This document shows, piece by piece, positions 20,300 through 25,774 of a stretch of DNA of 25,774 bases. The position numbers and the translations under genes were made by a program. Within the stretch, counting starts at the first letter, position 1; every line of letters begins with the position of its first letter. Source of the stretch: Amoeboradix gromovi X-113 (Eukaryota > Fungi > Sanchytriomycota); contig JADGIF010000056.1 of NCBI GenBank assembly GCA_018985225.1, forward strand, positions 1-25,774, read 5' to 3'. The notes beneath the pieces were generated by a model. The model was not told the DNA's origin. It did not search any database and saw only the letters and a program-made list of their open reading frames with translations.

Positions 20300-21538
20300 A
20301 TGATTATATTCCATTTTATACAGTTCTGCTTCTCTACATCTATAGACTGCTCAGATGTCATCAATTTGGCATTGGGACTAAATATGAACGTGAAGCAGCA
20401 AAGCCGCATGATAGCAATTAACGATGATTGCTGCAGTATTAACACAGGTGTCACGTGCAGTAATGATAGAGTAACTGAAATAGAATGGCCTCTACTCCAC
20501 TTGGACGGAACCATAAACAGCACTGCTATTCCAAAGCTACTTTCCATACTCATTCTAAATGACAATGCCATTTCAGATGTGTTCCCTAAAAGCTTATCAA
20601 ACACGATTAAGCAACTAGATCTCAGTAACAACTTTTTCAAAGGCCCTATGCCATCAGTGCTATCAACATCTCTTCTATATTTATACCTTCATTATAACAA
20701 GTTAAATGGTACACTGCCTGAAATCTTGCCACAAAGTTTAACTAAGTTTCATATGCATTATAACAAAGTCACAGGGTCTATGCCCAGAGTACTCCCTTCA
20801 AACATGAAAGAATTGTCGCTTTATAACAATCTTCTAACAGGTCATATGACAAATCCCCTTCCAAAAACGTTGATTGATTTACATATTGACGGGAATGCAA
20901 TGACTGGGCCATTGCCAGAAATTCCCGGCACAATAAACATTCTTTATCTTGGCTTCACTAAAGGCGTCTCAAACAGGTTCACAGGATCTTTGGAACTGAA
21001 CAGCCCTCGTATTGTTTATATCAATGACAACTTTATATCAGATTTTAAAATAGTTGGCGATTACAGCTTAATAATAGATTGTGATTTATCAGGTAACCCA
21101 CTTTTAGAACACTATAATGATCCAAGCTTGAAAAAATGCACTAAAAATGGGTTATACAGTGTAGATAAAATACCGATTGAAAGCGATATCCTTGTTGAAA
21201 GTACTTCTACAAAAACTTTGAACAAAATAACGACGCTAAAGTTTAAGACAACCAAAACAGTTAAAATAAGTTCGACCTCGGATGCTGTTACGGATCGCTT
21301 CTTAAGTTTAAGTTCTACAGCTGTAGTTGCAATTATGCCTCAATTCTATCTTCACTTTGGGTTTACCACTTTTGAATGGATACTAATACTTGTAAGATGC
21401 ATAATCAATTTGTCTTCTATAAGAACTGTTGTGCACTATGCGCCAATCACAAGGGAATGGCGGGCAAGAAAAGCTAGGTTGAGCAGCATAGCATATCTTG
21501 GCTCTATTAAATCACGAACAACTGGTAGTATGGCATAA
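20300..21538 (+). CDS. LRR receptor-like membrane protein 2 (paralogue of 12505-13605)
   Basis: Same N-cap (DCSDVINLALGLNM..CC..C..RVT.I.W..L.GT.N.TAIP), LRRs, CDLSGNPLLEH..CTKN.LYS C-cap, TM and APITREW tail. Confidence 0.85.
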   Translation: MIIFHFIQFCFSTSIDCSDVINLALGLNMNVKQQSRMIAINDDCCSINTGVTCSNDRVTEIEWPLLHLDGTINSTAIPKLLSILILNDNAISDVFPKSLSNTIKQLDLSNNFFKGPMPSVLSTSLLYLYLHYNKLNGTLPEILPQSLTKFHMHYNKVTGSMPRVLPSNMKELSLYNNLLTGHMTNPLPKTLIDLHIDGNAMTGPLPEIPGTINILYLGFTKGVSNRFTGSLELNSPRIVYINDNFISDFKIVGDYSLIIDCDLSGNPLLEHYNDPSLKKCTKNGLYSVDKIPIESDILVESTSTKTLNKITTLKFKTTKTVKISSTSDAVTDRFLSLSSTAVVAIMPQFYLHFGFTTFEWILILVRCIINLSSIRTVVHYAPITREWRARKARLSSIAYLGSIKSRTTGSMA

Positions 21539-21760
21539 GAAAAAAGGCTAAGCTTGTTAAATTAAAATGTTATTAGTAAAAAGTTCAACTAATGACAAGT
21601 AGCTTTATTTTTCATCCATGTTGCCACTCATTCAGCTAGTTGCGGAGTTGACGAGTATGAAAGGAGAATAAATAACTTTTTGTATCGAAATTTCAGAAAT
21701 AAATATTCTGTACAGCTATTCCCTTACTCTTTCATCCAATCTTTTTTTCAAATAAACCTC

Positions 21761-21864
21761 TGATTCATAATACTAACTCATAGTACTAATTCATAATACT
21801 GATTCGCAGTACTAATTCATAATACTGATTCATCATACTGATTCATAATACTGATTCATAATAG
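21761..21864. repeat. 13-bp tandem repeat x8, consensus TGATTCATAATAC
   Basis: Eight contiguous units counted directly, with no spacers. Confidence 0.95.
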
Positions 21865-21913
21865 GGTATATTTTCATTTAAGAACTATCCAGAAAGAACT
21901 GTCTTGCACATAA

Positions 21914-22282
21914 ATAGAGACCTTTAAATCAAAGAAGAAAAAGCCGGACACTGACATTGACACTGAAGAAGATGTAGTTGTTGGAACAGTTAAAAAGAAG
22001 CTGAAATTCAGCAAGACAAGAGTCAGGGAGACTGTCCATAGATTACACTTCAAAGAAATGTAGTATCTATGAGAATGAAATAGATAAGAGTACCGTCTAA
22101 GAAAATGCACCTTTTGCTTAGATGCTCAAAGACCTTTCATGTTTGAACGAGATGCAGGGTCTTCTAGTTTTATTTTGAAGAGGGGACTGAAAGCAATGAA
22201 AGAAAATTGGTATAATAGAAGGTCTTTTATTAATGATAGCATTTCCTCTGTATGGTGCACCTTTAAATACGAGTTAGTCTAG
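21914..22282 (+). pseudogene. Fanzor1-like nuclease remnant (N-terminus joined to zinc finger/RuvC-III end)
   Basis: 21914: (I/M)ETFKSKKKKPDTD..VVGTVKKKLKF. 22041: DYTSKKCSIYENEIDK. 22088: EYRLRKCTFCLDAQRPFMFERDAGSSSFILKRGL. Confidence 0.6.
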
Positions 22283-22302
22283 TTTTTATATTTGGTGTCC
22301 CA

Positions 22303-23354
22303 AATTGTAATAATAATATAAGCACCATCACTTCAATACGCTCTCATTCTGTATTTAAACAGAACCAAGCCTAACATGCTTTTTTCATTAATTGCAGATG
22401 GCTTCAGATCGTCCCATCTTGAATACGTCAACTCTAAAGAATTTAGTGGCGGATGCGAACCATACTCTTTAACTCTCAGAAACTGGTCCAAGAAGTTTCT
22501 CAAGACTAAGAAGAGTGCTTCAAAATTTAAAAGACTCCAAGAGGCCTTTGCGCTTCCATATCTTTCTAAAAAAAGGCCGCATTATGTGTGAGATTCTGAT
22601 GTAATAAACACATTGATACTAGTCACTTGGATTTATAAAAAACCCTATACTTGAAGTATATGCAATATTATCTATAACCTCGTTAAAAGTCCAAATTCCC
22701 GGGAAAATCGAGAATTTCCACAGGGAAACTAGCAGTGCTTAGATGTTCCGTTACAGTGATTGCCCACGCTTTCATTACCCTGAGGTGGTGCAGAATAAGG
22801 GTGTATATACTTATGTATATTCCTTGCTGCCATGTGGTATCTATCTCTAAATGTCAATTGGTATAAGTGTAGCCCTCCAAATAGGCTTTCTTAAGATTTC
22901 TACAGCTTTTAGATGCATAATAAGTATTAAGATATCGCATTGTTGCACACGCAAGACATACGGATTATTAAATAAATGCTTTAAAGGTTTATTTATCGTT
23001 GATCTTTTTCCAGGCATTAAAACACATCTAATTGTTCCATTTTTGGGCCAGTTCCTCAGCGCTGATGTATACTGTAACTACTAGTTATTCTTTAGATTTG
23101 GCATATTCAATATGACATCCGCTGATTCCATTTACTATTTACGAAAATGAAGAATATCGAGTGTTTAAGGTATTTGAATAATCTAGAATGGTCACGCATA
23201 GAAATACACACAAATCATCAATGACTGATTATTTTGCAATGCTCAATTACCTCTGGGTGGTGGTGGAATGAGCAACCACTACAACATAGCAACTGGATTT
23301 GTGATTTGCCTAACTTAATTCTTGACTTTCTGCTAAATAAAGACTTTTAATAAG
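22303..23354 (+). mobile_element. Old IS607-Fanzor2 derivative, copy E, split by insertion of copy C
   Basis: 22394 onward ADGFRSSHLEYVNSKE...TLRNWSK (tnpA HTH). 22645-22662 LYLKYM (Fanzor end). 23250-23354 aligns to the copy D scaffold (TGAGC.A.CACT..AAC..AG.AACT; AATTCT.GA.TTTCT...AAAT.A.GACTTTTAA). Left boundary approximate. Confidence 0.65.
22678..23251 (-). mobile_element. IS607-Fanzor2 derivative, copy C, nested in copy E
   Basis: Minus strand encodes LRNWPKNGTIRCVLMPGKR, YYASKSC, HLEID/HMAARNI, then the scaffold and TTTTAACGAGG. CC (GG on minus) is present at both junctions, 22678-79 and 23250-51. Confidence 0.85.
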
Positions 23355-23832
23355 ACTTTTGCAGCTTGATTATTTTCTTGAATAAATCATTTATCGCGAA
23401 TTTGTATATATTTTTGTATAATTTCACGACTTCTCCAGATTTTTCTAATAGCTTAAACACTCGATATTCTTCCTTTTCGCAAACGGCAAATCAATTCTAA
23501 ACAAATAATTAACAGGTACAGCATACATTCGTCTCAGACTGATAATCTGGTCCAAACATGGAAGAATTAGATGCCTTTCAATGCCTAGAAAGAGATCTAC
23601 CATAAGTAAACCTGTAAACCATTTATTTAATAATTCATCTGTGATTGGTCTACCGAATATGCGACAATAGAGACCATATGGCTGCAAGGAACATATACAT
23701 CAAGTATATGCATCCTTATTCAATCCCGCCTCAGGGTATTAAAAGCGTGAGCGATCACTGTAACGGAGAAACTAGCATTAGTTTCTCTGTGGAAATTCTC
23801 GATTTTCTCGGAAATCAGGACTTTTAACGAGG
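23355..23832 (+). mobile_element. IS607-Fanzor2 derivative, copy D
   Basis: Left end matches copy A. Encodes NRYSIHSS/WSKHGRIRCLSMP (tnpA) and RDHMAARNIYIKYM at 23669. Ends TTTTAACGAGG. Confidence 0.85.
23711..23832 (+). ncRNA. Candidate omegaRNA scaffold (copy D); guide would be the 3' flank from 23833
   Basis: CCC-gcctca-GGG hairpin, GTGA-GCGA-TCAC GNRA hairpin, 12-bp hairpin 23763-23790, further hairpin around 23801-23816, terminal GAGG. Conserved in copies B, C and E. The 5' end is unknown. Confidence 0.65.
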
Positions 23833-24000
23833 AGTCGACTACATGGTCTTCCTAGTTTTTTACATCCTGTAGTCATAACATTTACTAATTTGATAACACT
23901 TTGAAAGTAGCGAAATTACTCGTCTTCTGAAGTAATTTTTTCCCTTTAATAAATTCAATGGTCATACTATTTCAACGACTAACAGGGGTACCTGAAACAG

Positions 24001-25103
24001 ATGAAGGCTTTAATTCTAGTTGGTGGATTTGGAACTCGATTACGACCACTTACGTTAAGCAAGCCGAAGCCTCTAGTAGAGTTCTGCAACAAGCCCATGA
24101 TACTGCATCAAATAGAAGCATTGGTCAAGGTAGGTGTTAAAGATATTATTTTAGCAGTCAACTACCGACCAGAGTTAATGAAGCAAGAAATGGATCAAAT
24201 AGCTACTAAACTAAACATCAACATCCACTTTAGTATAGAGAGTGAACCACTTGGTACGGCTGGTCCTTTGGCATTAGCTCGCGACTTATTAACAAAGGAT
24301 GATTCACCATTCTTTGTTTTGAACAGTGATGTCATTTGTGAATTTCCTTTTGAAGAGATGTTGAAGTTTCACAACAAACATGGGAAAGAGGGTACCATTA
24401 TTGTCACCAAGGTTGAGGAACCGTCTAAATATGGTGTTGTTGTAAATAAATTAGATTCCACAGAGATTGACAAGTTTGTAGAGAAGCCCCAAATCTATGT
24501 TAGCAACAAGATCAATGCTGGACTGTATGTTTTTAATATTTCCATGCTAAAGCGAATACAGCTGAGACCAACTAGCATCGAAAAAGAGACTTTTCCTGAA
24601 ATGGCTAATGATCACCAATTACACGCCATGGAGCTCCAAGGTTTTTGGATGGATGTAGGACAGCCGAAAGACTATTTAACTGGAGTTGGCTTGTATCTAA
24701 AATCCATGTCAAAATACCATCCAGAGCAGCTAGATGATGCAGAGTACACAAGCGGGAATGTACTAATTGATGGAAGTTGCAAAATTGGTTCCAACTGTAT
24801 TTCTGAATTCATTTAGGTAAAATTGGTCCAAATGTCATTATTGGTCCTGATGTAGTTGTTGGAAATGGTGTACGGTTAAAGAATTGTGTGCTACTACAGG
24901 GATGTGAAGTAAGGGATTACGCCTGGATCGAAAAGACCATTGTTGGATGGCAAAGTATTATTGGCTCATGGTGTAGATTAGAGAATGTGACGGTATTGGG
25001 AGAAGACGTCCAGATTAAAGACGAAATTTATGTGAATGGAGCAAAAATTTTACCACATAAAGGAATTAGTGAGTGTATTCCAGAGCCGAGAATTGTTATG
25101 TGA
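24001..25103 (+). CDS. PSA1: Mannose-1-phosphate guanylyltransferase (GDP-mannose pyrophosphorylase); exons 24001-24796 and 24817-25103, 360 aa
   Basis: [48 protein letters not shown] and a hexapeptide C-terminus. The spliced length matches the family. Confidence 0.97.
24797..24816 (+). other. 20-nt spliceosomal intron GTATTTCTGAATTCATTTAG
   Basis: Removal gives [32 protein letters not shown], the conserved family sequence with no missing or extra residues. Confidence 0.9.
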
Positions 25104-25266
25104 AGTAATAAACTATTTATCAAGATTTAGATGTCTTTACAACTTATATTTACTCGAGCCTCTTGATTTTAGAAATATGTTACTACCTTGCTTGGATTGC
25201 GTAATTCATACGATAACCTGTAAATAAATCTTTAGTACTTTGGTATTAGTGATATATAGAACAAAT

Positions 25267-25572
25267 TTAAATCCAAGCCAAATCTAGAAAATGCAGATTA
25301 AACTGCGACAAATTTGTGACAGTACCGCTCAAGTACATACTGATACACTGCTTACTATGAACTTGGGGTAATTTCGGCGTCTTAGAAAGCGCAGCATATA
25401 TTACCATCATCAATGAGTGGACACAAGAACGTAAGTGTCCCCTCTTTGTTTCAACAGTAAGATGAGAGAGGATCCGTTCTACTGAACTATCTAACCAATC
25501 TGTCCTTGCTAAAGATGAAATGATATATTTCACTAGATTTGTGCAAATTTGTGAAGCAGTTTCACTAAACAT
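25267..25572 (-). CDS. Hypothetical protein, 101 aa
   Basis: ORF with TTTCA-ATG context similar to neighbouring genes. No recognised motif. Confidence 0.35.
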   Translation of the reverse strand: MFSETASQICTNLVKYIISSLARTDWLDSSVERILSHLTVETKRGHLRSCVHSLMMVIYAALSKTPKLPQVHSKQCISMYLSGTVTNLSQFNLHFLDLAWI

Positions 25573-25707
25573 TGAAATTAATCAGTTAAATATTGTATGG
25601 ATTTCTCGCTCCGTAGGGTACACTAGGTAAATTGATCCGGTACCAATCACTGGCGAGCAAGTATTGCAGAAGATTCAAAAAGAAGAATAGGATCGTCGCC
25701 AAAAGAG

Positions 25708-25774
25708 ATGCTTCTTGCAATTGTAACTATTCTGTATGCGCAATCCCCGTTGTTCCACCAGCAGCACCCGAACT
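25708..25774 (+). CDS. Possible start of a secreted protein running off the window
   Basis: MLLAIVTILYA-QSPLFHQQHPN resembles the short signal peptides seen elsewhere here. Only 22 codons are visible. Confidence 0.25.
   Translation, partial: MLLAIVTILYAQSPLFHQQHPN

Larger units (their letters stand above)
21629..22302 (+). mobile_element. Non-autonomous Fanzor1-like element, copy 2
   Basis: Shares the 5' block (CATTCA.CTAGTTGCGGAGTTGACGAGTAT...) and the 3' block with 11677-12063. Retains more internal coding sequence plus a tandem repeat. Confidence 0.7.

Noticed and set aside
5759-20640. Short ORFs overlapping the RhoGAP, Cys-rich, LRR, chitin synthase and hevein genes
   Set aside because: Antisense or alternate-frame ORFs within well-supported CDSs, with no independent motifs.
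21761-21864. CRISPR array
   Set aside because: Contiguous 13-bp units with no unique spacers, in a eukaryotic context.
22851-23827. ORF-track proteins 22851-23084, 23445-23687 and 23645-23827 (also 2256-2459, 21874-22110, 22376-22591) as genes
   Set aside because: They are antisense shadows or read-through fragments of transposon remnants.
22678-23832. Single foldback/MITE with about 500-bp terminal inverted repeats
   Set aside because: The arms are two separate oppositely oriented elements (C and D), each with tnpA and Fanzor remnants. The spacer is the displaced right end of copy E.
1-25774. Prokaryotic or viral origin suggested by IS607-type elements
   Set aside because: The elements are interspersed with intron-containing eukaryotic genes (RhoGAP, PSA1) and fungal chitin genes. 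No operon structure or viral hallmark genes were seen.

Overview
Compact, AT-rich eukaryotic DNA read with the standard code. It is most likely from an early-diverging (zoosporic-type) fungus; this is inferred from a chitin synthase, hevein/CBM18 proteins, an ARHGAP39-like RhoGAP and GDP-mannose pyrophosphorylase. Host genes include two plant-RLP-like LRR membrane proteins, a 1258-aa Cys-rich surface protein and several microproteins missed by the ORF track. Two conserved genes are split by ultra-short GT-AG introns (19 and 20 nt) that both begin GTATTTCTGA. The main hidden signal is a set of internally deleted RNA-guided-nuclease (Fanzor/TnpB-type) transposons. Five copies of an IS607-type element join the serine-recombinase (TnpA) N-terminal HTH to the Fanzor C-terminus (E-x6-C zinc finger, DRD RuvC-III) and keep a structured omegaRNA-like right end, finishing in ACGAGG in four copies. 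One copy is nested in another at a GG core, which predicts a GAGG target motif. Two further copies belong to an unrelated Fanzor1-like element. No intact nuclease or recombinase ORF is present in the window. All family calls come from manual motif reading, not database searches.
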